Source: Candidatus Latescibacterota bacterium
GTDB taxonomy: Bacteria; Latescibacterota; UBA2968; UBA8231
Assembly (NCBI GenBank): GCA_965203355.1
Contig: OZ241889.1
Coordinates: 1,216,001-1,280,000, forward strand
Length of the DNA stretch: 64,000 nucleotides
Direction: 5' to 3'
How positions within the stretch are numbered: position 1 is the first letter of the stretch; each line of letters starts with the position of its first letter. Shown here piece by piece: positions 39,623 through 49,810 of the stretch. Under the pieces are notes generated by a model. It worked only from the letters and a program-made list of their open reading frames with translations, was not told the origin of the DNA and made no database searches. Position numbers and translations under genes: made by a program.

Positions 39623-40164
39623 CACTCGTCTTGGCGCAAGGAAGAGACAGCCCAAGCCGCGTCTGGATCGTCCATGGCCACGGCGCGCACGCCGCCCGGC
39701 ACAAACGACAACAGGTCCTCGTAGCTAGCCTGCCGCCGAGCGTCGGGATAGAGCCAATCGTGTAGGTAATACACCGCGTGTATCTTGGCTTGGAGGATTT
39801 CTTTGGCACAGCCAAAACAAGGCCGCATCGTCGAATACAGCCGCGCTCCTTCGGTGGCGATCCCAAAGCGGGCCGCCGACAACAGTGCGTTCTGCTCGGC
39901 GTGGACGCAGATGCACAAATCGTAGTCCTTGCCCGAAGCGTACTGGTCGCGGTGGGCGCAGCGATCGCACCCGCCGTCGAGACAGTTGACCATGTTGTGC
40001 GGGGTGCCGTTGTACCCGGTTGAAATGATCCGGTCGTTTTGCACCAAAATGGCCCCGATGCGGTTGCCCGTGCAGTTGGCACGCGTCCGGACGGCCATGG
40101 CGATGCGCATGTAGTACTCGTCCCAATCGGGCCGCTCGGATAGGGCGATTTCCTTCCGCGACAT
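39622..40164 (-). CDS. dCMP deaminase (ComEB-like)
   Basis: RPDWDEYYM, STGYNG, HAEQNA, PCFGC. Confidence 0.92.
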   Translation of the reverse strand: MSRKEIALSERPDWDEYYMRIAMAVRTRANCTGNRIGAILVQNDRIISTGYNGTPHNMVNCLDGGCDRCAHRDQYASGKDYDLCICVHAEQNALLSAARFGIATEGARLYSTMRPCFGCAKEILQAKIHAVYYLHDWLYPDARRQASYEDLLSFVPGGVRAVAMDDPDAAWAVSSLRQDE

Positions 40165-40248
40165 AATGGCTCAATCACCTGCTAGCTATTTCGTGCGGAT
40201 CGTGCGGAATGCGGGTTGGTGGGGGAATAGTACGCCCGCTGCTGCAAC

Positions 40249-40410
40249 AGGTCAACCGCCGCGCGCGGTCTGCCGGAGCAGTGGCCAGGTCAACCGCCGC
40301 ATGCGGTCTGCCGAGGGCCGCGCGAATTGAAACCCGGCGCGGTCCGCCGGACGGCAAGGTGCTCGACGCGGATGCGACGATCGGTCAACCGCCGTGTGTG
40401 CGGTCCGCCG
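40249..40410. repeat. Three ~27-bp hairpin-forming direct repeats
   Basis: GGTCAACCGCC-N3-5-GCGGTCYGCCG at 40250, 40288 and 40383; partial copy near 40335. Confidence 0.75.
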
Positions 40411-40422
40411 CCTTCTGCCCGT

Positions 40423-40450
40423 TTGACATTCAGCGGCTCGCTGGTATAAT
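40423..40450 (+). promoter_or_regulatory. Consensus sigma70 promoter
   Basis: TTGACA-N16-TATAAT, about 155 bp upstream of the enolase-family gene. Confidence 0.75.
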
Positions 40451-40604
40451 TGGCCTCCCGCATCGCTTTGCTCGGGTCCGCTGCCATGGCCCAAGGCGGT
40501 CGCGCCAGAAGACGCGCAGCTTGGCCCTCGGCGAGGTTGCAAATCAACGACCCACTCGGCGGCCAGCCATGCTGCCCGTCCTAACCCTGATAAGGAACTT
40601 GGCT

Positions 40605-41738
40605 ATGCACGAAGTGCCGAAAGGGAAAATTACTTGTATTGAAAAATGCGTGTTGCGCGGGACCCGGCCGCGCTACATCGGCTTCAACGCCCGCATTCCC
40701 GCGCACGGCGCGCAGATCGCGGACCCGGTCGTCCGAATTTGCACGGATGGCGGGGCTTGGGGCTTGGGTTGGTCTCGCATTGGCGAGGACGAGGCGCGTG
40801 CGCTGCTCGGCCAGGAGATCGGCGATCTCTTCCAACTCCCGGACGGTTGCCGACCCGCCGGCCGCAACCTCGATCTGCCGCTGTGGGATTTGGTGGCGCG
40901 GATGATGGGTTTGCCGCTGTATCGCTTGCTCGGTGCCCGCGGCAAACGCGCGGTCGAAGTGTACGACGGCTCGATCTATATCGACGATTTGGACGCCACC
41001 GACGAGGAACAGGTCAAAGACATTTTCCGCGGCGAAGTCGCCACCGGCCACGAGCACGGTTATTTGCACTTCAAGATCAAGGTCGGTCGCGGCGCACGCT
41101 GGATGCCCACGGACGCGGGCCTCAAGCGCGACGAGCTGGTCATTCGCACGGTGCGCGAAGCCGCTGGTCCGCAGGCCAAGGTGCTCATTGACGCGAACAT
41201 GGGCAATACGCTCAACACGGCGATAGCCCTGTTGGACGCCTGCGCGGATGTGGGCATCTACTGGTTTGAGGAGCCTTTTGCCGAAGATGCTCCGCTCAAC
41301 CAAGCGCTCAAGGAACACATCGTCGCCCATGACTGGGACACGCTGGTGGCCGACGGGGAATTTTCGCCGCCGCCGTATTTTTTTGACTTGGTGGAGAAGG
41401 GGTTTATCGACGTGGTGCAGCACGATTTTCGCGCTATGGGGTTGACGTGGTGGCGGAGCACGTCGGCGCGGCTGGAGCAGTGGAACGCGCTCTGTGCTCC
41501 CCACTGCTGGGGGTCGTACATTGAGCGCTTTCACCACGCCCATTTCGCCGCTTCCATCCCCAACTTCTGCCTGCTCGAAGCCGCACCGGCTACCATGCCT
41601 GGGCTGATCACCGATGGCTGGCAACTCGCCGACTCCATTCTGCGCGTACCCGACACACCCGGCGCGGGTCTCGACATTGAGCCGCACGTCTTCGCCCGGG
41701 GAATGGCGGATCGAGAGGGGTTTAGGGTGGTGCTTTGA
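40605..41738 (+). CDS. Mandelate racemase/muconate lactonizing enzyme family protein
   Basis: LWDLVARMMGLPLYRLLG, KIKVG, IDAN, WFEEP, ADGE; AAGGA RBS. Confidence 0.9.
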   Translation: MHEVPKGKITCIEKCVLRGTRPRYIGFNARIPAHGAQIADPVVRICTDGGAWGLGWSRIGEDEARALLGQEIGDLFQLPDGCRPAGRNLDLPLWDLVARMMGLPLYRLLGARGKRAVEVYDGSIYIDDLDATDEEQVKDIFRGEVATGHEHGYLHFKIKVGRGARWMPTDAGLKRDELVIRTVREAAGPQAKVLIDANMGNTLNTAIALLDACADVGIYWFEEPFAEDAPLNQALKEHIVAHDWDTLVADGEFSPPPYFFDLVEKGFIDVVQHDFRAMGLTWWRSTSARLEQWNALCAPHCWGSYIERFHHAHFAASIPNFCLLEAAPATMPGLITDGWQLADSILRVPDTPGAGLDIEPHVFARGMADREGFRVVL

Positions 41739-42019
41739 GCATTAAAATAAAGTGTGGTTAAAGCCCCGGTCGAGCGCGATCCAAAGACCCTTTGCCGATT
41801 TCGTTCTACGAGAATGAGCCGGATTTCAACCGCTTCCACCAAAGTCGCCAGGCCCGAGGACTCAATCCAGACCTGCGCGGCGTCGAGAGCGAGCTATGGC
41901 TCATTCAGCGGAAGCAACGGCCTTTGCCGTTTGTTTCGCGGTCACCTTCAAGCTCTGTCCAGCTATTCCGCCTTTGGCTTGTCGATTTACTCGGCTGGCA
42001 TACTGTCGCTACATTCCAT

Positions 42020-43210
42020 TTATCGGTAGTCCGCCGGCGTCTTGCCGTCGTTGTCTTTGGCGTTTAGGTCTGCTCCATGCTCAAGCAAGAGTTTCGCCGT
42101 CTCGCTGTTGTCCAGTATTGCTGTGTAGTGTAACGGCGTCTTGCCGTCGTTGTCTTTAGCGTTTAGGTCTGCTCCATGCTCAAGCAAGAGTTTCGCCGTC
42201 TCGCTGTTGTCCAGTATTGCTGTGTAGTGTAACGGCGTCTTGCCGTCGTTGTCTTTAGCGTTTAGGTCTGCTCCATGCTCAAGCAAGAGTTTCGCCGTCT
42301 CGCTGGCGTTGTTCCGTGCTGTCCAGTGTAACGGCGTCTGTTCGTATTTGCCTTTAGCGTTTGGTTCTGCTCCATGCTCAAGCAAGGCTTCGGTGGTCTT
42401 GACGGCGTCTTTGTATGCTGTCCAGTGTAACGGCGTCTCGCCGTCTTTGTCTTTGGCGTTTGGGTCTGCTCTATGCTCAAGCAAGAGTTTCGCCGTCTCG
42501 CTGTTGTCCAGTATTGCTGTCCAGTGTAACGGCGTCTTGCCGTTGTTGTTTTTAGCGTTTGGGTCTGCTCTATGCTCAAGCAAGAGTTTCGCCGTCTCGC
42601 TGGCGTTGTTCCGTGCTGTCCAGTGTAACGGCGTCCAGCCGTCGTTGTCTTTAGCGTTTGGTTCTGCTCCATGCTCAAGCAAGAGCTTCGCCGTCTCGCT
42701 GGCGAAATAGACTGCTGCGGCTGCCCAGTGTAACGGCGTCTCGCCGTCTTTGTCTTTGGCGTTTGGTTCTGCTCCATGCTCAAGCAAGAGCTTCGCCGTC
42801 TCGCTGGCGTTGTTCCGTGCTGCTTCGTGTAGCGGCGTCTCGAGCGGTGTCTTGCCCCATAAGTCTTTAGCGTTTGGTTCTGCTCCATGCTCAAGCAAGA
42901 CCTTCGCGGCTTCGCTGGCGTTATAAACTGCTGCGTAGTGTAACGGTGTCTTGTCATAGTTGTTTTTAGCGTTTGGGTCTGCTCCAAGTGCTAGCAAGAC
43001 CGTTGCTCTCTTGGCGTTGTTCTCTATTGCTGCTTCGTGTAATGTTCTTATGTGATCATCGGCTTGGGCGTTTGGGTCTGCTCCGCTATCAAGAAAGTCT
43101 ATCGCCTTCTTGATAGTGTTCTTTTTCAATGTTCCCACGTGTAACGGCCCCTTGTGGTCACACCCTAGGCTTCCAAGTATCAATGTTGTGATTAGTAGGC
43201 GTCTGCTCAT
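42020..43210 (-). CDS. Ankyrin-repeat lipoprotein (10 full plus 2 partial repeats)
   Basis: Lipobox LGSLGC; 33-aa TPLH..A....SETAKLLLEHGA.PNAKD repeats. Confidence 0.95.
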   Translation of the reverse strand: MSRRLLITTLILGSLGCDHKGPLHVGTLKKNTIKKAIDFLDSGADPNAQADDHIRTLHEAAIENNAKRATVLLALGADPNAKNNYDKTPLHYAAVYNASEAAKVLLEHGAEPNAKDLWGKTPLETPLHEAARNNASETAKLLLEHGAEPNAKDKDGETPLHWAAAAVYFASETAKLLLEHGAEPNAKDNDGWTPLHWTARNNASETAKLLLEHRADPNAKNNNGKTPLHWTAILDNSETAKLLLEHRADPNAKDKDGETPLHWTAYKDAVKTTEALLEHGAEPNAKGKYEQTPLHWTARNNASETAKLLLEHGADLNAKDNDGKTPLHYTAILDNSETAKLLLEHGADLNAKDNDGKTPLHYTAILDNSETAKLLLEHGADLNAKDNDGKTPADYR

Positions 43211-43325
43211 GGCTTTGTCTCCTTCCCTTCGTCCAGCTACTCGGCTGGTGCTGGTAGCTCTCCGCTTGCGGTCGCGGTCGCTGTGGTGGATTAACGTTAA
43301 TTTCGGTTATCAGTAGTATTTCGGC

Positions 43326-43691
43326 CTATTCGATGGCTCCATACTGACGCAATAGCTCGGCGGTTTCGCTGGCGTCGGTGGCTGTTGCCCATTGTAACGG
43401 CGTCTTGCCTTCGTTGTCTTTGGCGTTTACGTATGCGCCATGCTCAAGCAAGGCTTCGGTGGTCTTGATGGCGTTCTCACGTGCTGCGAAGTGTAACGGC
43501 GTATTGCCGTCTTTGTCTTGGGCGTGGATGTTCTCTTCATACTCAAGCAAGAGCCTTGCGGCTTTGTTGGCGTTCTCGCGTGTTGCCCAGTATAACGGCG
43601 TCTTATCGTCGGTGTGGTTTGTAGGCGTCTTGTCGTCGGTACATCCTAGGCTTCCAAGTATCAACGTTGCGATCAGTATGCTTGTGGTCAT
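43326..43691 (-). CDS. Short ankyrin-repeat lipoprotein (about 3 repeats), paralog of the neighbour
   Basis: Same TLILGSLGC signal; TPLYWA / TPLHFA / TPLQWA repeats. Confidence 0.9.
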   Translation of the reverse strand: MTTSILIATLILGSLGCTDDKTPTNHTDDKTPLYWATRENANKAARLLLEYEENIHAQDKDGNTPLHFAARENAIKTTEALLEHGAYVNAKDNEGKTPLQWATATDASETAELLRQYGAIE

Positions 43692-43756
43692 TGTCTTGTC
43701 TCCTGAGCGTGTGAGAGGTGGTATATGTGCCACGGCCGACTTGTCTCCAGCCAAAA

Positions 43757-45565
43757 TCAATCGTCGTCTTCGCGCTCACTGAGCAATTCGCCGCGCTGGA
43801 GCCGCTCGGCGTTTTCCGTGGCCCAGAGGATGTTCTTCATCACCTTTTGCGCGGTGATGTAGCGGGTCGCCGCCAACAGGTGGACGCGCTTTTCCTCGAG
43901 GTCGTCGCTCAACTCGTAGTGCCGGAACGCGGCTTCGAGCACTTGGAACATGTGCAGCTCGGCGTCTTCGCGGAGCATGATGTGGGCCAAGGTGTGGCGG
44001 AGCGTGGCGATGTCGCGCCCTTCTTCGAGATATTGGCTGACGAGGACTTCGGACTCGAATACCTTCTGAAAGTCGGCCAATTCCCCGAGGTGCTGGAGCA
44101 TGGCTTCGCTGGAGGCGAAGGGCTCGTCGAGCTTTTGTCCGCGCCGTGGGACGCGGGCGGAAGGCATGTTGAGCCAGCGCAGGTAGGTGAGAAAGACCGC
44201 GCCGTGGAAAATGGCGCGCAACAGCTCTTTGCTGGCAGCGTAGTGGAAGGTGCAGTAGAGCGCGTGGGCGTAGGAATAAATGTTGGCTACGTCGTGCCAG
44301 TCGCCCTCGTTCTTGAGGTGGAAGCGCAAGGTGCGCTGTGCGCTGGCATAGGCCATGGCGCGGCAGAGTTGGGTCGGCGGAACGCCAGCGCGCAGGGCCG
44401 CTTCGACGCGGGCGAGGATGGGTTCAAAGTCGTCGCCGAGCATGACTTGGGCGAACTCGGAGATGTCGATGGTCGCTTCGTTGCGCTGATTGTCCGCCCA
44501 GATCTCGTCTAGGCGGGCGAAGATGTTTTCTAAGTGCGGCAAGCTGTCGGCCCAGCGCGAGGTCTCTTCGTGGCGGGTGCGAGTCACCAGATCGACGACA
44601 ATCGGGCGGAGAATCTCGTGCGCACCGACCCATTCCACGTAGTCGAGGGCCTCAAACATTTTGTTGGCAAAGTCGAGGGCGTGTCCGTCGCCCGTGAAGT
44701 AGAAGTCCGTGGCCGCGGCGAAGACAAAATCCGCGAGGGTTTCCTTGCCGCAGCCGCGGTCGTGCAGGGTGAGCAAGATGCGCTCGGCCGCGCCGTGGTG
44801 CCGCTGATCGACAAAGGTGCGAAACCAGCGCTTGAGCGTGGCCAAGTCTTGGTCGGCATGGCTGCGGGGAAAGGGGAAACGCTGACGACGCGACGAGCCC
44901 GAGGTGCGTAGCGAGATTTGGTTCAAGCCGTGGACGAGAAAGAGATTTTGGTCGGCTTCGGCGATGTCGTCCCACAGGTTCGCGGCGAGAGTTATGATGG
45001 CGACGCCCGACGACCAGCCCTCGCTGGTTTTGTGTGCGCCGTAATAAAGCCCCTGTTGGATGATTTCCTGCGGGGTGGCACCGGTCTGGCGAAGCGCGGC
45101 GACCGCTTTGGCAATGAGGAAGGAACTGCGGTCTTTAAGCCCCTGTTCGAGCGTGCGCTTGCCCCGGGCCACGAGCCGCAGGCGGGCCTCCTCCTTCTCG
45201 CCGGGCGGTACGCCAACCCAAGCATAGCCATCGTCGCGCACTTCTACGGGAAAGGCTTTCAGGTCGTCTCCCGACGTCAGCAGGCAGCCGCCGGTCTTTA
45301 GGTCGAATTCCCAGTGGTGCCAGTGGCAGATTAGCACGCCGTCGCGGATGCTGCCTTTGGACATGGGGTAGCCCATGTGCGGACAGCGATTGTCAACGGC
45401 GTGGAAGGACCCTTCGTAGAGAAAAACGGCGAGGTGAATGCCGTCAACGGTAAAGGGCCGACCCTCGCCTGCGGCAAATTCGCGAGCCGGTGCGAGCCGG
45501 TGATAGACGCAAGTTGCTGGATCGACATCAATCTGCGGTTGCATTTTGCTGAGCGGGGTGGACAT
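43757..45565 (-). CDS. Rieske 2Fe-2S ferredoxin domain fused to a large helical domain
   Basis: CPHMG...CHWHHWEFD Rieske motif; remainder predicted helical. Confidence 0.85.
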   Translation of the reverse strand: MSTPLSKMQPQIDVDPATCVYHRLAPAREFAAGEGRPFTVDGIHLAVFLYEGSFHAVDNRCPHMGYPMSKGSIRDGVLICHWHHWEFDLKTGGCLLTSGDDLKAFPVEVRDDGYAWVGVPPGEKEEARLRLVARGKRTLEQGLKDRSSFLIAKAVAALRQTGATPQEIIQQGLYYGAHKTSEGWSSGVAIITLAANLWDDIAEADQNLFLVHGLNQISLRTSGSSRRQRFPFPRSHADQDLATLKRWFRTFVDQRHHGAAERILLTLHDRGCGKETLADFVFAAATDFYFTGDGHALDFANKMFEALDYVEWVGAHEILRPIVVDLVTRTRHEETSRWADSLPHLENIFARLDEIWADNQRNEATIDISEFAQVMLGDDFEPILARVEAALRAGVPPTQLCRAMAYASAQRTLRFHLKNEGDWHDVANIYSYAHALYCTFHYAASKELLRAIFHGAVFLTYLRWLNMPSARVPRRGQKLDEPFASSEAMLQHLGELADFQKVFESEVLVSQYLEEGRDIATLRHTLAHIMLREDAELHMFQVLEAAFRHYELSDDLEEKRVHLLAATRYITAQKVMKNILWATENAERLQRGELLSEREDDD

Positions 45566-45771
45566 GCGCGTTGCCTCCTGTGGAATGGACTGCCAAGAAT
45601 ATGCGCGATTTGGCGGTGTGGGGCGAGGGGTTTGTGTTGACTTGCCGTGCCAAACGCGATCATGTTCTTAAAGTATCGTTGGGGCTATGCGCTAGGCATG
45701 GGTCGCTCGATTCTGCGGCGCCTTTGGCGAAGCAGCGCCGTACCATCCGCACCAAGGAAAGGAGATTTTCC

Positions 45772-46215
45772 ATGACTTTGCGAATTTTGCTGGCAGGTGT
45801 GCTCTTTTTGGGCGGCCTGGTCGCCGAAGAGGCGACCGCACGCGGCAAGCGCGTAAGCCAGATGCCCAATGGGGCTGCATTTAGCTGTAACGCCTGCCAC
45901 ACGGCTGGGGGCGGTTCGCCGCTCAACTCGTTTGGCCTGGCAGTCAAAACCGACTTCCTCACCGCCGCCGGTGCCGCTGGTGACGTGATTTGGGGCCCAG
46001 CGCTGGCGGCCTTGGACTCGGATGGCGATGGCGCGTCTAATGGCGTGGAACTGGGCGACCCCGACGGCACTTGGGTCGCGGGCGATGCCAGTCCAGCAGT
46101 TGAAACGTTTCATCCCGGCGACCCCGAGAGTACCCCGCCGCTGCCACCGCCAGACACGGCGGTTGCGGAAACGACGTGGGGGCAAATCAAGAAGCTGATC
46201 GGCCCGCTCGACTGA
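45772..46215 (+). CDS. Small secreted temptin-like protein with CxxCH motif and C-terminal TWGxIK motif
   Basis: Signal peptide; PNG..CNACH..NSFG..W..LAALDSDGDGASNGVELGDP; ends TTWGQIKK; AGGAG RBS. Confidence 0.65.
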   Translation: MTLRILLAGVLFLGGLVAEEATARGKRVSQMPNGAAFSCNACHTAGGGSPLNSFGLAVKTDFLTAAGAAGDVIWGPALAALDSDGDGASNGVELGDPDGTWVAGDASPAVETFHPGDPESTPPLPPPDTAVAETTWGQIKKLIGPLD

Positions 46216-46288
46216 GTGGAGCGAATGGCTCGGCAATTTTTAATCTCGCGATGGCATTGAAAACCACCGCCCGGCGTGGGTTTGCAAC

Positions 46289-48517
46289 ATGACGGCAAAC
46301 AGTAGAGAGCAACACTTTGCCATTGAGGGCATGCACTGCGCTAGCTGTGTGCGGCAGGTCGAGCAGCAGGTGTCCGGCTTGGTCGGCGTTGAAGTGGCTG
46401 ACGTCAATTTGGCCACCGAGCAGATGGCCGTGCGCTTTGACCCGGCAGCCGTAGATGAGGAAATCATTGCCGCGGCCGTGGCAAAAGCGGGGTTCCGGGC
46501 GCGGCTGCAAGTGCCCGAAGCGGCCAGCGCGGCTAGGCGACAGACGCGCAAGCGCGCCGAACTCACCGAGCAAGCAGGGGCCTTTGGCTGGGCGGCTGCG
46601 TTTTGGCTGCCGCTCTTTGCCGGGGAGATGGCCGAGCAGATGGGCGCACCCGTTGCCCAAACGCTGTCCTTGGCTCAGCATCCGCTGCGGGTGGGCGTTC
46701 TACATCTGTTGTGGGTGTTGCCGGTGATGTGGATTGGCCGCCCGATCTACGCCGAGGGCGGGCAGGCTCTGTGGCGGGGCCGACCCAACATGTTTTCGCT
46801 CATCGCCATTGGCACGGCGGCGGCGTGGAGCTACAGTGCTTGGGGCTTGGCGGCTGTTGCTTTGGGCGCGGCGGCGGCGTTTGACTCCTATTTCCCGACG
46901 GTTGCGACGATCATCACGCTGATGCTGATGGGCCGCTATCTCGAAGCGCGCTCGCGGTTGCGGGCCGAGGAGGCCATAGGTGGCCTGTTGCAGCTCAAAC
47001 CCGACAAGGCTGCGCTGGTGACGGACGATGGGGAGCGGGAAATCGCGGCTGATGCCATCGAAGTCGGCGATTGTCTGCGCGTGCGCCCGGGCGAGCGCAT
47101 TCCAGCCGACGGTGAAGTCGTCGAAGGAAATTCTACGGTGGATGAGTCGCTGCTGACCGGCGAGTCGCTGCCCGTGGCCAAGGCGCCGGGTGCTGCCGTG
47201 ACGGGCGGCAGTCTCAATGGCGAGGGTGCGCTCATGGTCCGCGCAACGTGCGTGGCTGGGGAGGCGCGGCTGATGCAAATGGTGCGCTTAGTCGAGGCCG
47301 CGCAGGCGGGCAAAGCGCCCATTGCCCGTTTGGCCGATGTCGTCGCCGGGTATTTCGTGCCGGCCGTGCTGGTCGTCGGCGCGGTGGCGGCGGTGGGTTG
47401 GCTGTGGGCCGGGGAGAGTTTGAGCTTTGCGTTGCAGGTTTTTGTGACCGTATTGATCATCGCCTGTCCGTGTAGTTTGGGCTTGGCCACGCCGGCCGCC
47501 ATCATGGTCGGCACGGGCCGCGGTGCGCGTTTAGGCATTCTGTTTAAAAGCCCAGCGGTGCTGGAAACGGCGCACAAGGTAGATGCGGTAGTGCTGGACA
47601 AAACCGGCACGATCACCGAAGGGCGACCGCAGGTCGTGGCGGTGGAGCCGTTAAATGGCCGTCGCGCCGACGAAGTGCTGAGCTTGGCCGCGGCCGTAGA
47701 GCGCGGCTCGGAGCATCCGCTGGCCGCCGCGATTGTGGCCGCAGCCGCCGAGCGGGGGCTTGCCGTGCCAGCGGCTAGTGCCGTTGTGGCGAGTCCGGGC
47801 AAAGGGGCGCAGGCTGTGGTGGAGGGCGCGGCCGTAGTGGTGGGCAATCGCGCCATGATGGCCGCGGCCGGAGTCCGCATAGCCGAAGACAGCGGATCAG
47901 CGGACGGTGCCACGGTCGCGTGGGTCGCGGTGGGGGGCGCATTGGTTGGCCGCGTGTCGTTGGCCGACCGCCCTCGTCCGCAGAGCAAGGACGAGGTGGC
48001 GCGGCTGCGCCAATGCGGTTTGGCGGTGGTGATGCTCACGGGCGATAGCCGTCCGGCCGCGGAAACTGTGGCGCGTCAGGTGGGCATTGAGACCGTGTGC
48101 GCCGAGGTCTTGCCCGCAGACAAGGCCGCGGTCGTGCGGGCTTTGCAAGCCGAGGGCCGCTGCGTGGCCATGGTCGGCGACGGGATCAACGACGCGCCCG
48201 CGTTAGCTGCCGCCGATGTGGGCATGGCCTTTGCCACCGGAACGGACGTGGCGGCCGCGTCGGCCCCGGTGGTACTCATGCACAGCCGGTTGGCGGATGT
48301 GGCGCGGGCTATTGAACTGAGCCGAGCGGTTGTGCGGACCATAAAGCAGAATTTGTTCTGGGCGTTTTTTTACAATGCCGCGGGCATTCCAGTGGCCGCC
48401 GGTGCGCTGTACCTGTTCGGCGGCCCGCTGCTCGATCCAATGCTGGCAAGTCTGGCGATGGCCTTTTCGTCGGTGTCGGTGGTGATGAACGCGCTCCGGT
48501 TGCGGCACTTTGGCTGA
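46289..48517 (+). CDS. copA: Copper-translocating P1B-type ATPase
   Basis: GMHCASC HMA, TGES, CPC, DKTGT, SEHP, GDGIND, YN and MAFSS motifs. Confidence 0.93.
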   Translation: MTANSREQHFAIEGMHCASCVRQVEQQVSGLVGVEVADVNLATEQMAVRFDPAAVDEEIIAAAVAKAGFRARLQVPEAASAARRQTRKRAELTEQAGAFGWAAAFWLPLFAGEMAEQMGAPVAQTLSLAQHPLRVGVLHLLWVLPVMWIGRPIYAEGGQALWRGRPNMFSLIAIGTAAAWSYSAWGLAAVALGAAAAFDSYFPTVATIITLMLMGRYLEARSRLRAEEAIGGLLQLKPDKAALVTDDGEREIAADAIEVGDCLRVRPGERIPADGEVVEGNSTVDESLLTGESLPVAKAPGAAVTGGSLNGEGALMVRATCVAGEARLMQMVRLVEAAQAGKAPIARLADVVAGYFVPAVLVVGAVAAVGWLWAGESLSFALQVFVTVLIIACPCSLGLATPAAIMVGTGRGARLGILFKSPAVLETAHKVDAVVLDKTGTITEGRPQVVAVEPLNGRRADEVLSLAAAVERGSEHPLAAAIVAAAAERGLAVPAASAVVASPGKGAQAVVEGAAVVVGNRAMMAAAGVRIAEDSGSADGATVAWVAVGGALVGRVSLADRPRPQSKDEVARLRQCGLAVVMLTGDSRPAAETVARQVGIETVCAEVLPADKAAVVRALQAEGRCVAMVGDGINDAPALAAADVGMAFATGTDVAAASAPVVLMHSRLADVARAIELSRAVVRTIKQNLFWAFFYNAAGIPVAAGALYLFGGPLLDPMLASLAMAFSSVSVVMNALRLRHFG

Positions 48518-48577
48518 ATCGCTGTCTTTGAGTAGGAGAAAATTCGCTGCGCTCAGCACGACATTGCGGAGGACGTT

Positions 48578-49810
48578 ATGGCTACCATTATGATGGTTGG
48601 GGCGTTTGACACCAAGGGCGTGGAATACGCCTTCTTGCGTACGCAGATTTTGGCCCGTGGCCACGAGGTTGTCGCCGTGAACACGGGCGTTATGGGCGAG
48701 TGCGAAGCCTTTGCCGCGGATGTGGATGCCAGCGCGGTGGCGACGGCGGCTGGCACGTCGCTGGAGTCGCTGCGGGCGGCGGGCGATCGCGGGGCCGCCA
48801 TGAAGGCTATGGGTGCGGGCGCGGCTAAAGTGGCGGCGCAAGGGTATGCCGAGGGGCGGTTTGACGGCATCGTCGGCATGGGCGGGTCCGGCGGCAGCAG
48901 CGTAGTGACCGCGGCCATGCGCGCCCTGCCGGTGGGCGTACCCAAGGTGTGCGTTTCGACGGTGGCGGCGGGCGACACCACCGCGTACGTGGGCAGCAAG
49001 GACGTGGTGCTCATTCCGTCTGTTGTCGATGTGGCCGGAGTCAATCGGATTTCGCGGGTGATTTTCACGCGAGCCGCTGGCGCGATCTGCGGCATGGTCG
49101 AAGCCGAGCCAGCACCGGCTGCCGATGACAAGCCAATCGTCGTCGCCTCGATGTTTGGCAACACCACGGAATGCGTAAATGCGTGTAGCGAGGCGCTGGC
49201 GGCGCGCGGGTACGAGGTCTTGGTCTTTCACGCCACGGGCACGGGCGGCCGCGCCATGGAGTCGCTCATCGACGAAGGCTTGGTGGATGCCGTGCTGGAC
49301 ATCACCACCACCGAGTGGGCCGACGAAGTGTGCGGCGGCGTCTTCAGCGCGGGGCCAGCGCGCTTGAGCGCGGCGGGCCGGGCGGGTTTGCCCCAGCTCG
49401 TGGTTCCCGGCTGCGTAGATATGGCCAATTTTGGCGGCATGGATACGGTGCCGCAGCGATACAAGGACGGCATGCGTCTCTTTTACGAGTGGAACCCAGC
49501 CGTGACCTTGATGCGCACCAATGCCGAGGAAAATGTGCAGATGGGCCGGATATTCGCCGAAAAGCTCAACGCCGCCACCGGTCCGGTCGCCGTGCTCATT
49601 CCGCTTAGAGGCGTGTCGATCCTCGACGGCGATGGCGCGTTGTTTTGCGACCGCGAAGCCGACCGCGCCTTTGGCGACGCCCTCAAAGCCCGCTTGGACG
49701 AGGGCATCCTCGTCCGCGAAGTCGATTACAACATCAACGATCCAGCGTTTGCAGCCGCGGCGACCGCGCTGCTACTGGAGCTAATTGCCGAGAAAGCAGG
49801 AGCGCGATGA
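48578..49810 (+). CDS. Tm-1-like ATP-binding domain protein (UPF0261)
   Basis: DTKGVEY, GGSGGS, LPVGVPK..VST, FHATGTGG..ME, DITTTE, DMANF. Confidence 0.9.
   Translation: MATIMMVGAFDTKGVEYAFLRTQILARGHEVVAVNTGVMGECEAFAADVDASAVATAAGTSLESLRAAGDRGAAMKAMGAGAAKVAAQGYAEGRFDGIVGMGGSGGSSVVTAAMRALPVGVPKVCVSTVAAGDTTAYVGSKDVVLIPSVVDVAGVNRISRVIFTRAAGAICGMVEAEPAPAADDKPIVVASMFGNTTECVNACSEALAARGYEVLVFHATGTGGRAMESLIDEGLVDAVLDITTTEWADEVCGGVFSAGPARLSAAGRAGLPQLVVPGCVDMANFGGMDTVPQRYKDGMRLFYEWNPAVTLMRTNAEENVQMGRIFAEKLNAATGPVAVLIPLRGVSILDGDGALFCDREADRAFGDALKARLDEGILVREVDYNINDPAFAAAATALLLELIAEKAGAR

Noticed and set aside
39622-40164. Antiphage dCTP deaminase
   Set aside because: Short stand-alone ComEB-like enzyme without a kinase domain, host-like GC, metabolic context
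41740-42020. Short ORFs between the enolase-family and ankyrin genes
   Set aside because: No recognisable motifs or RBS; possibly a gene remnant but unsupported
42020-43100. Regular 99-bp repeats resembling a CRISPR or DGR array
   Set aside because: Fully explained by ankyrin coding repeats; no reverse transcriptase or cas gene nearby
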